Source: Carcharhinus longimanus
Lineage: Eukaryota
Assembly: GCA_030264375.1 (NCBI GenBank)
Contig: JASCQW010000122.1
Location: 27,607,615-27,671,614, forward strand
Direction: 5' to 3'
DNA: 64,000 nt
This document shows positions 1 to 13,829 of the stretch, piece by piece. The notes beneath the pieces were generated by a model, which was not told the origin of the DNA, searched no databases, and saw nothing but the letters and a program-made list of their open reading frames with translations. The number at the start of each line of letters is the position of its first letter. Within the stretch, counting starts at the first letter, position 1. The position numbers were made by a program, and so were the translations under genes.

Positions 1-3000
1 AGTAAGCATTACTATTGGAATATGCAGGCTACCTGACCTATATATCATCATATAAGACTTTAAATAGGAAGACAAAACAGGTGCTGGGTTAAGAACAGAA
101 AGTTCTAATATTAGTGTCAGATTTCAAATAGGAGAACTCATTTGTGAATTCGGTGACTAATGTTGCATGCAAAAAAATGTACTCCAATCACTCGATCATT
201 ACCTAGCTTAAATAAATCCTGATGAATTAAAGGCTTTGTGTGTCATTCGGTCAGCTGATTGAGAAAGAGAAGCATTATTATTGGAACATCCAAGCTAGAC
301 TCAATGATGATGAATGATTTTCATGAGACCAGCAGAACTCTAAGGCAAGAATATATATGAAGCTATCGTGGTTCTTACCCATTTTATTCCAAGAACAAAA
401 ACTAATAGAACATTCATAGTGAATACTTTTTTATACTGGCAATACATATATATTTTAACTTAAATTTTAGGACTTGAAATAAATTACACAAATATACGTA
501 GCAATCCAATACCCAAAGTGCAAAACTTTGAAAGGTTAACCAAACTGCTATCTAACCTACAGACAATAACTGTTGCAGCTAATGGTTTTGTAATAAAAAT
601 TGATAGAACTCTGTTACAAGGCAAAACATCTTCCAAGTACCAACTTTTATAAAAAAACTGCTCTACTTTTCTCCATTAATGCCTCCCTCTTTGTGATAGG
701 TAATTTAAACAAGTACACTGTGTCCTTATTGAAAATGTTTCATCCTGCTAGCTCCTGAAAATGGCTTTAACCTTTTCTCTGAACAAAAGCACTGAATTGT
801 AGAACAAAACCCACAAAGCATCGGCCCTGGCATCACTGCTGCAAATGCAGCTACATGCAGTCTTCAAATGGTCTTTTTTTCTGCCCTGGTAATTAGATGA
901 ATTAAAAAGACAAAGTAGTTAATGTAACTGATGTCCAGGACCTCACTCTTTATTTTGTAGATTTCCGTGAAGAGTATAGTATGCCTCTTGCTCTAGCAAT
1001 GAAGTGAAGAATGCTGGCNNNNNNNNNNNNNNNNNNNNNNNNNNNNNNNNNNNNNNNNNNNNNNNNNNNNNNNNNNNNNNNNNNNNNNNNNNNNNNNNNN
1101 NNNNNNNNNNNNNNNNNNGAAGTGAAGAATGCTGGCAGTAAGTAAAATTAACAAGCTTAATCTGTGAGGAATCTGCTGTGAATCATAAATGAAATGTATC
1201 TCCAGCAACGAGAGGGTAATAATTTGTGGTCTCCTTTTTACACGGTTACTAGAACATACAATAAATTAACTGTATTTTAGTTTGCAGGCTCCATTAATCA
1301 TCACAAAGAGACATGTAGTCAAGTTACACAAGAAGGAACTCAATTGGTGCATTTCAGATATGCAATTATAAACCATTAGGCTGACTCTAATTAGGCTGCG
1401 ATGTTGATATTTCAACTGTTGTTTTATTATAGTGTTTCATTTCTTCTGATTATCTTGGCAAAAAGGGGCTGGGGAAGGTCTAGCAGCACAAGTTCCAAGG
1501 AAATTAACTATGGGATTTGTATTAGTGGAAAATGTACAGTTCCATAGTGCTGTACACAGAAATCCTTAACTCAAATTGATCTGCTTGAGGTGCCACATTT
1601 AATTGTTAGCTAACAGACTGACATGTCATCTTACCGCTCTTGTTGCTCCCCACAATACTGACTATCCTGGCACATTAGTCCACCGCACTGATTTGAAATT
1701 ACAGACTGGAGGCAGACTGTCTACCACCGCTGCCTGCATTAACAGCTAGTGATTCTCCCAAAACAGCACCGCTAGCTTTACTGACTCATCAATGTCCTTG
1801 TTTTCCCAGTGAAAGGCAAATAAAAGGTCAAGCAGAAATTGTACAAGGCTTTAATTTTTGTGCTATAATATCTGCTTTATGTGATTGGCTATAGTAAAGT
1901 TCCATTTAAAAATTAAGAAGTGCTCCATATATCAAATATGACAATATTCTACCATGACAAAGAGATTATTGCAAACAATTGAATTCATTAAAGCTAATTA
2001 AAGCATGATTCATTTGACCATATAATATGTTCTATTTAAAAGTACAGCTGCCTTAACAGAATTATGCAGCAGATTAGCCCCCTTAAGGGCTCCAGTGGCA
2101 TTTTTAAAACTGGTAAATGCTACAACCCGATCTGCGAACTGATTTGAGATATCCAGATTTGATCAATTTCAATCAATGTTACTACCTTGCCAAGTTTTTA
2201 CTGGTTGGCATTGGAATCGGCAATTAAGCATTCAAGTTTAAAACTTTAAATGAAACTGTTGAATAAATTTTGCAATGTAGCATTCCTAGCACAGAGAATC
2301 GAACAATAAGCGTGCACTCTTAGAATTTGGACATAGCTCAAAATGCCAGACATATATGGGAAAGTCAGCAATTCCTGATATGTGACACCATCAGATGAAA
2401 CTCTGCCAAGAGATGCTAACTTACAAAAAGTTACCCAAACATACCTATGCAACTTTATATGTCTTTATTTCCTGGTTTTGCTGTTCCCACCAATTACATC
2501 ATGACCGTTCATCAATTTTCGTTTCTTCGATTGGTTAAGTGTTTAAATCTCAGGAACTAATTTTGGTCATTCTACCCCTTTTTTGTAGTAGAAACAGGGT
2601 AGAAATGAGTCGAAAGTAACAAAAATTTACTGTCAATTTCTGGTCAGCTGCTAAACTTTGAGTTATCCTCTATTTAAGGGGCCAGTACTTTTGCTGGAAA
2701 AAATAATGAACTTATTATTAAGCCTTGTTGCAGGCTGTTGGATAGCTCACCTTTTGAATGCAAATAATGGTCAATCATTAAAATGATTTGGTTCTTTCAT
2801 GGGACATTGGGCAAGTATTGTGAATGCTCTGCCCACTAACCACTTGATGCATGCCAGGGATGAAAATCTGTCTGCATTTTTAGCTGGTGAAACCCATATA
2901 AAATGGAAACAAGCAGCACTCTGGCAAATCATTATTTTAATAGGAGTTTCTATTTCTTTAAAGGATAAAGCCAAGTTGGTTGTCTTTGAAGACATGAGCT

Positions 3001-3752
3001 GAGGTAGAATGTTATTACAGCATAACAAGCTTCCAATTGTCTTATCTGCACCAATCAAGTGAAAATACACTAGAGGCATGTGCACTACTCAAAGAATAAG
3101 CTGACTTATTCAGTGTATGGGTAGGAGCTTAAAAATGACTTAGCAGCATTATTTCAGTTATATTCTAATTGGCCCCCAGTTAAGCATTTGTTATAAACAT
3201 TCAAAGAGAATTAATCCAGATTGAAATATAAAATAAATTCTCAGTATTCTGAAATTATTAAAGTACAATAAAATGAAAGTAGAATTGCATCAAAATAGAC
3301 ATGGAAGTGAAGGTACTCATGTCTGGGACCATTGGGAGATAATTTAATTTCACATAATAAAGCTAGTGGTCAGTGGGATTCTAGTCAGCAACTGGCAGTC
3401 TGGCACTCCATTTCCTGAAGTAGATTCTCTTTTTGTAACTATCTTTTATCCAGTCCTATGTTCTACTCTGGATTCAGTGACCTTATTTTGATTAGGAGGC
3501 TTTCATGTGGAACATAGTCAAAAGTTTCTTGAATACTCAAATAAATGAACAACAGAAGTTGCACTTAATATTTTATCTGTGATATTTTCAAAGGATTAAA
3601 GAACATTTAAATTCAGCCTGTTCGTTATTTAGGTATTGTAATGACTTTTATCAGGCCATTGAAGTTGGCCTATTGGAATACAAACTCCCATTGATAATGT
3701 ATTTTTCGTATTTGTTCTTTGAATATGTGTAATTGTTTTGTAGTAACGTGTT

Positions 3753-3956
3753 TGTAATAAACAAAAGAAATCCCTGATTAAAGGGCCAATTGATGAGCCA
3801 ATCAGGGAGACTTTATTTTGTATATAACCAGGAGTGTCAGTTCCTCTGGCATTCCTAAAGGTAGGCTGGTGACTGATAGCACTCTGCACACTGCTGTTGG
3901 GATTGTAAACAAAGGGATTCTGGTGAAGGGACTTCTGCCTCTGTGAACTTATTACA
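3753..3956 (+). mobile_element. Solo LTR, Gypsy-like
   Basis: Perfect 8-bp terminal inverted repeats TGTAATAA...TTATTACA and an internal TATATAA. The 3' part (tgtaaacaaagg...ttattaca) resembles the 3' part of the LTR at 60935-61186. No clean TSD. Confidence 0.6.
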
Positions 3957-4210
3957 GATATTAGCAAATGGTTTGTCCTAAAGTATAGAATAACTGCCAT
4001 TTCTTTTTTGTTGCTGACATTGAGCTGACATCTATATTGTTACTGAATATTAATGCAGTTTATTTTTCTGTCAGTGCTACATTATAGCTATTACTTGTAT
4101 GAATCAAAAATGCAAAATACATTCTAGCAATTATAATGCTCATGTTTAATGATTTGTAGGTAAAGTCATGATCATATGGCAGAGGTAGCCTTTTGGCCAG
4201 TGAGTTTATG

Positions 4211-4446
4211 CTGGAGTGTTGTAAGAGTTACCCAATTAGTCATGCTCTTCCACCACAGCTATACAAATACTTCCTTTTCATTATAAGTTTTATTCCTCTG
4301 AAATGCAAATATCTAAATAATCTTGTATTTAGTTATCATTTTATTACACCAGGTCCATGAAACATTTACAGACTAGCTCTAACTGAGATTCCATACAAAT
4401 TCATAGATAACATTCAATCTTTTCTAGTCCTTTAAATATCATATTT
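4211..4446 (+). repeat. Copy 1 of a 236-bp local direct duplication (copy 2 at 5063-5298)
   Basis: Manual alignment gives about 9 substitutions and no indels over 236 bp. Confidence 0.95.
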
Positions 4447-4924
4447 TCTATGATAATCACCCCACTTGCTCTGTGATTTATAATGACCACTTAACTATCT
4501 GGAGTATTATAAGGATCTAATATCTGCTTCTTTGAGAGATGAAAGCTGCACAGAATGGAGTCTTAAAGTCTCTAGACCGTCCATCGAGCCCAGGAAATGA
4601 CTCTGTTTACTTTGAACCTTTAATAAAATTAAATAGTCTCCTTATCTATTTCACCTATAACAATGATTCTTATATAAAAAGACTAATGGGTTTTAGCTAT
4701 ATATTAATGGCTGCATCTAGCTCCCTTTTCTAATACATCTGAGTCCCTTATACAAAATGAACATGTAAAATATATTGGATGCTTTCATATTTTTAGACAA
4801 TGCCTGGGCTATTCAGGAACTAAGGGCCATGATATATGTGTCGTTTTCAGATTTGTATACTTGCGTTAATCCAGCTTCTCTCAATAAAAATCCACATGAT
4901 GGAAACAGTGCACATATTTTGAAT

Positions 4925-7110
4925 TACTGCAAAATACTGCAGTGCTGGAAAAACTCAGCAGGTGTGGCAGCATCTGTGGACAGAGAAATAAACGGTTAAC
5001 ACTTTGAATCAAATATGAGTTCTTCAGAACTGAAGGGAGGAAGAAATGTGATGGGTTTTATACTGGAGTGTTGAAAGAGTTACCCAATTAGTCATGCTCT
5101 TCCACCAAAGCCATACAAATACTTCCTTTTCATTATAAATTTTATTCCTCTGAAATGCAAATATCTAAATAATCTTGTATTTAGTTATCATTTTATTACA
5201 CCAGGTCCAGGAAACATTTACAGAATAGCTCTAACTGAGATTCCAAACAAATTCATAGATAACATTCAATCTTTTCTAGTCCACTAAATATCATATTTAG
5301 GGGGAGGGTAAGGTATAACAATAAGGAAGATCCTGGATAGGGTGGAGAGCAGGAGACATGAAATATCAAGGTATTGTGAACAAAAGACAAAGAGAGCGGT
5401 AATGGTTGTAGTTTTAAAAAAACATTGGTTTAGAATAGGTCTGGACAAAATAGGTCTGGACAACTGGCTGAAAGTAAAAACATAAAAAAAAAACAAAAAG
5501 CCACACCTAAATAAAGGAAAGAATTTATTGTCATAATTTGTTGAATTCAATTTTGACTCCAGAAGGATGTAAAGTGCCTAATTAGAAAGTGAGGTTCTGT
5601 TCCTTAAACTTGTGTTGAGCTTCACTAGAACATTGCATCATGCTAAGGACAGGAATGTGACAGAGAGAGAGAGAGCAAGGTGGTGAATTAAAATGATGAA
5701 AAAGCAGAAGGTCACGATCATGCTTGTGGACTGATTACACAAAGCAGTCACCAGCCTGCATCTGGTCTCCCCAATGTATTGTGAGCAATGAATATAATAT
5801 ACCAAATTGAAACAAGTATGAGTAAAACTACTTCATTTGGGTTCTAGGTCTTGGATAGTGAGGTGAGACAAGGTAAAAAGACAGATGTTGTATCTCCAGT
5901 GATTGCATGGGAAGGTTGCATTGGACTAAGATTTTGTGGAGGAAACGATCCTTTTGGAATGCTATGGTGGGGGCTGGAGGGGTAGATGTTTTTGGCGGTG
6001 GCATCATGCTGAATGTGGCTGAAATACTGGAGGATTATCCTGATTGTGTTGGCTGATGGGATGGAAAGTGAGGACTAGGGAACCCTATTAGAATTCTTAG
6101 CAGAGGCAAAAGGAACAAATGTCAGAAGTGCAGTTGTGGAAGGTAGCATCATCAGAACAGCTGCAGACACAGAAACTGGTAAAATGAAATGGGTTCTTAC
6201 AGGAAGGCATATGTGAGGAAATGTAGCCGAAATAACTGTGAGAGGTGGTGATGTAGTAACGAATATTATTAGATATTATCGCCCAAGTGAAGGTAGAGAA
6301 GTCAAGGAAGGGAAGGGATAGACCATGTAAAAGTGAGAAAAGGGTGGAAATGGGAAACAAAATTGATTAATGTTTCCACTTCCAGGTGCGAGCAAGACGT
6401 GGTATTGGTATCAGGAAAAGGGTTGGGGAGGGAGTCTAAGTAGGATCGCAACAAGGGATGTTCCACGAACTCAACAAAAGATAGGCATAACTAGGGCCCA
6501 TGTGTGTACCCAATTGCAATATATTTTGTTTGGAGGAACTAAGACAGGTTAAAGGAGAAACTGTTCAATGAGGGACAAGTTCAGCCAGGCAGAAGAGGCT
6601 GGTAGTGGATGGGGACTAGTTAGGCCTTTGTTGATGAAGTGGAAAACAGTCAATCTGTTCTGGTGGGGGATAGAGGTCTCGAGAGATAGAATGTTCAAAG
6701 TGAAGGGGCGGTGGTTAGGACTAGCAAACTGGAAATTTTTGAAATTACATGTAGGCATCAGAAGAATCGTGGATGTTGGTGGGAGGAGATTGGAGAAGGG
6801 GAGAAAAATTAAAGTTAAGATCTGAACAAGTAATTTCAGCGGGACAGGAATAGACTCATTCAGTGAACCTATCCGGAGATTCTTGTTTGTTAATTTTGGG
6901 AAGTATATAAAAGTGGGCTATTCAGGGTTGGGAGACTATGGGGTGGTAAGTTGAGGAAGAAAAATCTCCAGAGGAGATGATTCAGTGACAGTCCTGGAAA
7001 CAATGGCTTAATGTTTAGCGACAGTGTCATGGTCTGAAAATGGTCATGGTAGGAAGATATGTCTGACAGTTGGCAATCAACCTCTGCAAGGCAGAGGAAC
7101 ATATTTTGAA
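4925..7110 (-). mobile_element. Decayed Penelope-like element (RT + GIY-YIG endonuclease)
   Basis: Minus-strand remnants: MGPSYA RT motif (~6485-6510), NLVYYIHCSQ-YIGETRCRL GIY-YIG motif (~5755-5830) and EQNLTF*LGTLHPSGVKIEFN C-terminus (~5540-5605). Terminal-repeat sequence gctggaaaaactcagcagg...gcagcatctgtgga at ~4943-4990. Confidence 0.85.
5063..5298 (+). repeat. Copy 2 of the 236-bp duplication, lying inside the Penelope relic
   Basis: Same alignment; Penelope-like sequence flanks it on both sides. Confidence 0.95.
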
Positions 7111-7599
7111 CTTTTAATAACTTAATTTTTTCTTCATTCTTCACATAACTAAGCTTACCTAAACTGTTGAATACGCAATGTTTATGTTCCCTCAAATACT
7201 GCCATTTCTTAACACTCCTGAACTTAACTATTTGGTGGGTTTTAAATTTGAATGTTAATCGCATGCATAACGCTGGTTCTTTTCAGTCTCATTCTCAAAC
7301 ACCTACTGGCAACAGCCAGGCAAGGCACAGCATTTGAATGATAAGCAATGTTAAAAATGCTCACATTGGATAGCAACTTGCAACTTGATGAAATACCTAG
7401 TGGATTGTGAATGGCTACAAGTTGCTGGCTAGCTTGAACAGCTCAACTATTAGCTGTGTGAAATTGGCATCTGGCATTGAACATCCCTATGATTTTCCTG
7501 TAGATGCAGCTCTCGTGCATTAAAGGCCTTTTAAATATACCATAGAAAATTAAGTCTAGTAATTAACAGAATGCATTAACGACAACAAAAGTCAAGCAT

Positions 7600-8290
7600 G
7601 TAACAAGGAAACAACTCATAAGATGTTCAATTTTATCCACTTGTCGGTATGTTTCAGAAATCTGGAAAATAAATAAAGATCTGTGGAAGAAAATAGCGGC
7701 TTTGAAATGTGGATGCTAAAACATATACTTAAAATTCTGTATACAGACCATAAGGCAAATGAAGAGGTGCTTGAAATTGCAAGAGTAAAAATAACTCTAA
7801 AAAGTGACACCCAGAAAAATAAATGCCAGTTTGTCGGGCATTTGATCAGGGCTCAAAATCTAGAAATAGAATCCCTCCAGTGCAGAATGAGGCCATTTGG
7901 TCAATTGAATCTGCACCGGCCACAATCCCACCCAGGCCCTATCCCCATAATTCTGCTTATTTACCCTGCTAACACCCTACACTAAGACGCAACTTAGCAA
8001 GGCCAATCAATTTAACCCCACATCTATTCTAAAAGATCTAGGGCAGATGTGGTCTTAAACACAAAGTGGAGGGCAGCAGGAAGACAAATCAACCTTGTTT
8101 ATGGCTATTTATTAGTGTCACAAGTGGGCTGACATTAACACTGCAATGAAGTTACTGTGAAAATCCCCTAATGTAGTTGGATGACAGACTTCACAGAGTT
8201 GTTGCAGTCAAGCCAATTAATGCATGGGGATGATACAAGACAGAAGAATGTGACATACCAGGACAGCAGATCATCCAGTTGGAGTAGCTA
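7600..8290 (+). mobile_element. RTE-clade LINE 3' fragment, interrupted by SINE pieces
   Basis: ORF 7683: FEMWMLKHILKILYTDHKANEEVLEIA...FVGHLIR matches the RTE C-terminal pattern (FEMW..RR.L.I.W.D...NEEVL...GH..R). It resumes after 8037 (KVEGSR). Confidence 0.7.
7862..8025 (-). mobile_element. HE1/V-SINE 3' half
   Basis: Reverse complement reads gattggccttgctaagttg...ggggatagggcctgggtgggattgtggccggtgcaga...aaatggcctcattctgcactg, the shark HE1 SINE core plus its CR1-derived tail. Confidence 0.75.
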
Positions 8291-8478
8291 CAATTATTCC
8301 AGTACATACTTAACAAGTTAAAAATTGTTGAATTATTAATAATCCTTTCTTGCCCATGAAGTTAACAATTAGAAGTGTGGAATCTCATTACTTTAGGTTG
8401 TAAGTTCTTTTGGTTTTAATAACTTCAAATTTAAATTTTTTACATATTTCTTACTTTCTCCCTGCTCCTTCAATCAAA

Positions 8479-9782
8479 GGGATGATTCTCTTGCCCCCCT
8501 AGCCTCCAGTGAGAATTGTGTTGACCCAGACACAACGCGAGAATTGTGTTGATTTGGCATGCAATCTGTTTTGAGTGTCCCATCAGCCCCGATCAGGTTC
8601 CCACCAACAGCGGGCAGAAAACTGATGAATGCAGTTCAAATCCAATTTAAATGCCATTAGTGGACTTCAAGCCCTCTTCAATCCCTTCATAGTATTCATC
8701 CCCTAGACCCCCATCCTCATCTCCGCCCAGCAGGAAGTTCACCCGGCCCCAACCACGCCGGGNNNNNNNNNNNNNNNNNNNNNNNNNNNNNNNNNNNNNN
8801 NNNNNNNNNNNNNNNNNNNNNNNNNNNNNNNNNNNNNNNNNNNNNNNNNNNNNNNNNNNNNNGGACCTGGTACATTTGAATCTGGGGTGGGCGGGGGGGG
8901 GGGGGCAGTGGGTGCAAGAAGGTACGTGTTGTGCCCGTGTGCCCCTCTGATGCTGATGGGCAACTCAGTCTGGGGGCAAGGACTTGACCTTGGAATCTCT
9001 CCCAGGATGGAGGTCTTGTTGCTAGGCTTTCCCTTCTAGCCCTGGGAAAGCTGAAGATTACTCTTGGTATGGTGATTTCAGACAACTCTCTTCTTAAGAT
9101 CCTCATTCATGTCTGTATTGTGAAATCTGTACTGTGGCTTGCTCAATTTAATCTCGATGTCTCCTGGATACCTGGAAGACTTCCAAACCACAGCAGCATT
9201 CCATTCTGCAGAAGGGAGAATTCTCCATTGTCCATTCTTTCTCTCTCTCTCTCTAAAGTTGCACGTGTGAGGAGATGTTTTTGAAGTCCACTCACTGACT
9301 GACAGGAGAAGTCAATTTCACTATGGGGGAATTCCCTTCTCCACAGTTGTTCACTCAGCCCCACTTTTTAAAAACTAACCCTTCCAAATCCCAGGTCCTT
9401 TGGGAGATCCTTCCCTTGCAGCCTGGAAACAGTACAGGGACGGCTTGGCAGAGCACTTAAATTCTTGACCCTTTTGGTGATGGGGGAGAAAGTGACCCTC
9501 TGTGCTGAAGGGTTGGGTGTGCTCCCCTAGTGAACGTGGGGTCACCTTTCTGGTTGTGGGAGGTAAGGGGGCCTATCTCTGAATGATGAGACTGGGAGAC
9601 CCTTTAAAAATGGCACCCCAGTCTCTGAAAAGTCAGGCTTGCCAGCATTTTCCCACGATGCATAAATTTGCATCAATCAGGTGGTGAATCCCATTTGATA
9701 GATGCTGCTAACATCAGGAGGAAACATCTTGGTTTTCCTGCTGGCAAGAACACTTAAAGAGCAGTCGAGTGAATTGTGTGCC
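8479..9782. mobile_element. GC-rich MITE-like non-autonomous element (contains a gap and an unassigned ~370-bp insert)
   Basis: GGGATGATTCTC start and GAATTGTGTGCC end resemble the termini of the other GC-rich elements in the window; G-rich interior. Confidence 0.4.
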
Positions 9783-10067
9783 AAATCTTTCATCCCCTCC
9801 TTCTGTAATTGATTTAACATTGAATTTGTGTACTCTATCTAATTCAGTCTCTTTCTGGCTGTCCTCTGCTCATTTTCCAATCCTTTAATCTTGTTTGTTT
9901 AAGAAGGTACACTGGCCAGGATATTTTGGATGGCACTCATGTAGGACTGGACAGAAGTGGAAGTTCACGAAGCCCACTGAGCCCGGGTCCTGGGAGAGCA
10001 TGGAAAGGTGCATACTCAGTGTGTTGGACAGGGTAGATCACCCCTTGAGGTGAAGCTGGATGGGATT

Positions 10068-10378
10068 TAAATAGCACCTTTCACAACCATAGGACATTCA
10101 AAGATGTTTTACAGCCAATTAAACACTTTTTGAAGAGTAGTTACTGCTATAATGCTTGGACTCAGGGCAGCCAATCGGCATATAGCAAGGTTCCTAAACA
10201 ACAATGAGATACGTGATCAGGTAATCTGCTTTTTAGTAATGTTGGTTGAAGGAAAAAAATTGGCTAGGACATTGGGAAGAACTCTTTGCTGTTTTCCTAT
10301 TGTGCCATGGAATTCTTTATATTTCTCTTGAGAAGGCAGACAGGGTCTTTGTTTAACATCAGATTCAAAGGATAGCGA
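10068..10378 (-). mobile_element. Deu-domain SINE (SacSINE1-like)
   Basis: Reverse complement carries the Deu core (gatgttaaac...ctgtctgcc...ccatggcac...gtcctagccaa...caaccaacatt) and an L2-like tail. Confidence 0.75.
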
Positions 10379-13300
10379 CCTGAATTTTTACTTCCCAGCA
10401 CTGAGCAAATCATGTTTTGATGGCAAATTGGAGGCATGCAGGGCCACAATTTTAAACGTAAATAAGTTGATTGCTGATGAATCCATTTTCCCAGGAATGG
10501 GAAATGTGGTAGGTTGTGGCCCGATGTTCCTGTAAAACCATACTGGTATTGCCATTTAACTGCCTGTTGCAAATGCACTTTTTCCTGACACTGGTATTTC
10601 CATTGAGGTGGATGGGTTCCTGAAAGCTGTGGGAACCGTTCCAGCTAAATCAATTCATGAATCTTGAGGGATGGCTGCTTTGGAATCTGGAACTTTTGAC
10701 GGGTAAGTTTAAAAGTTCTTGCCGATGTCAAATGTCAAAAGGTAATGTTGTATGACCATTTTCATATGTTTTCAATACTGTGAATGATCATAGGGCTTTG
10801 TCCTTAAAAGGTCAGTGTCCATTAAATTGACCAGCATTGTCAAAGTATTTATGAGTTAAATTGGATAAAGTGCTCTTATGCATTCAGTGTTATTGGGAAT
10901 ATAATTTAAATTGGTTATCTGAACAGTGGTTTGAGTTTTACATTGATTTAAACCGTGGAGACCTGTTGAAACTTTGAAAAAAAAACTCAGCAGATGCTGT
11001 TTCATTTAATTGAAACTCCATGGAACCTTTAAAACAAGGAGCAGGTGGCTGATCATCTGGTCAGACCACTTAATCCAATATATTGAGCTTTGTAAAATCT
11101 GCTTATTCAACTATGCATTGTAATCCAATTATGGATATATGGCTGATGGATTTGGCTCAGCAAGGGTTGTTGACACATCTGTGAAGGGAACCGTATACTT
11201 TATTAGATTCAGTTTTGTGAACAGATAATAGGATTAGATGTTTAGAAGAGGCTTTGAATGGCTGTTTATTTTGACAGATTAATTAGTATTTATGATGGGA
11301 TTTTGCTGTCAAGGTAAGTGGCAGTGTATGTCATTGACAGTTTATGAACTTCAAAGGAGGACAATTTTTAGAACTATACTTTGGCTGATTTTGTTTTACA
11401 TTTCCGTTTTTAAAAATTTCCTGAGCATTTCAAAGACTTTATATGTTATTATATGGCTCATGAGTTCTATACATAGTGTATACTGGCTGAATGGATCTGA
11501 GGAATACATAGTGGGCATTGACAGCATGATAGAATGGAGGATACATGAAGACTGTAAGGATCTTGGAGGGGCACAGGGATGGGGTGAATAGCAAACAGAC
11601 CTACCAGCTCTGGCATTCATTTGCCTCTGTTCCCACTATGAGGAGCCATGGCCCTGAATCCAACCTATCCCTGTTTCTGGAAGACTGAGCTGACTTTCAG
11701 AAGTTGGGATGTAATGTGAGGAAATGGCTTGACCTGCACTTCCCAATATCAGGGGTAAAATTCTGCCTACATCTCTAACAGAACAACACAAGTGCTGAAC
11801 TGAACTGGCAACCTCAGTTATGCACACAAGTTTTTGCAGTGTGGCCTGAACACACATTGCCTGACTTAAGAGGCGAGTGCCTTATCAGAGCCAGGAAATG
11901 GACATTATCCAGTCTTTTAAATGTTAAACATTGTGGTCAATGTACTTGCAAACAGATTACATAATTTAACCTGTGACTCCAAGACAAGTGCAAGTGCAAG
12001 AATACAAAATTATGAATTCTAAAATCTCCTTTTCTTTCAAATTAACCTGGATTGAATAATTACTATCAAAGTTAATTATGAAAGAGATTGATGATTGGAG
12101 GAATATTTATAAGCATCTAATAACCTGTGGCTCTAGTCCTTTCCTAACATAGGGAAATAATCATAGGAATTCAATGACAGTCAAAGTTTGACTGGTATCA
12201 TGGAATGTTTACTTCCTGATCCCGATTCATTCAAAAAGGATTTTGAGATTTCTCTTCTTTTAAGGATTCCTAAATGCATTTAATTCTCTTAGGGGACTTA
12301 ATAAATTAGAAAAATCCACAACAAAACTTACAAAAGCTGATTAGATCATGTCTACTCAAAGCCTTTTCTTTTTTAGATCTGGGTTTTACGACTTACTATA
12401 TAAACAGATAACAATAGCCTCGATGTGAAACATGAGGTATTGGCAAAAGGAGGAGACATATAATTTGAACATACTTATGAATAAGGCACTGATTGTAATT
12501 TAAAAATGTGGATTTACTATGAGGTTAAGCACATTATTGCATTTCCATACACATAAAATTACAATCTGAACCAAACTCTTTTAAAAGTTTACAGTTCTCC
12601 TTATGGGTTTAATACAAATACAAATGTTTCATCAGGTGATCAACAAACTTGATTCTTCTAAATTGAATTTTCATTAATATTCTTCAAATTGTTTAAAACC
12701 CTTACATTAGAGACATACTGTTCCTTTTCACAATTAAACCACGTTATTTTTGAATATGCTAGATGTCCTTGTGTGCCTGCCATTGTCATGTGTCACAATA
12801 CATGTATATTTATATAGCTCTTTGCTATGCACATTCTATTATATATTCAGGCATTACTATGTTTTGAATGTCACTATGTATGATGATTCAGGTCGGCTGT
12901 ATAGCTATCCTTTGGGGGCTTGGCTCTGTCTGTTTACAAGGAGCAAATCAAAGATGCATCTTATTTCTGGGCTTGAAAAGTGAGTCTAGGGAGCTATCGG
13001 ATAACCTTGGTACATTCTAGACTCCCACAGCAGCTGCTGCTTACAGCCTCTTAGTCATGTAATCACAAAATGAACACCATAAACATGCTGCATAATTAAA
13101 TGGCCTAAGGACTCCAAGTAATTCACAGAAAATCTACACTTGTACATACGTCATTTACAAATACAAATTCAACAGATAAATGGTACGTGGAACATTATTT
13201 TCAACATGGAACATATTTCCACTGATATATTAAGTATGCATTAAAATTAACATACAAAACTTTAATTATAAAAAACATCTAGTTCACATCTGTCTAACAA

Positions 13301-13829
13301 TAATGAAAAATGTTCAAAATTGTTGTTTAAATAAAAATGAAAAAGAGAATTGACTAAAAATTGTCTGCCATAAAGTTATTATCGAGATAACTAAGTAATT
13401 TAGTAGCTATGATTAAGGGCTATTTGAGCCACAGTGCTTCAAAATATCAACAATCATCCAGTACTGTCAAGAATCATTCCTAATGTGATGAAACCAGCAT
13501 GACCCAAAAAATAACCTGGCGTTATACACAAGTTGCAGCTAGACCTGTTCACAATGCCTTGAGGTGAGACGCCCCTAGAAATTGTGTGTTGAGGTCTTCA
13601 ACTGTATGACACATTTTAGAGATTTGCTACATTATGTGTGAAATGGGTAAGGAAAAAATGTGGAATTGTGACTGCTTCCCTCAGTTTGAAGAACTGAATT
13701 ATTAAAAAAAAGTCCACTTTATGAATGAGATGGCCTAGCATGTAGGCTTACCTTGCCAAGTTTTTTAAACTCTTCTGTTGTATATATCTTTTCTCAAGAT
13801 AGTGTACAAAGCACATTGTACTGTCTTCG

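Noticed and set aside
1001-1136. Direct repeat gaagtgaagaatgctggc on both sides of a gap
   Set aside because: Contig-overlap artefact around a 100-N gap.
4990-5030. Hammerhead motif in the long Penelope relic (minus strand, CTGAAGA...)
   Set aside because: The GAAA core and stem II are too decayed to call a ribozyme.
12377-12436. Plus-strand exon-like segment (polypyrimidine-AG ... GAG/gtat)
   Set aside because: Stop codons in all three frames.
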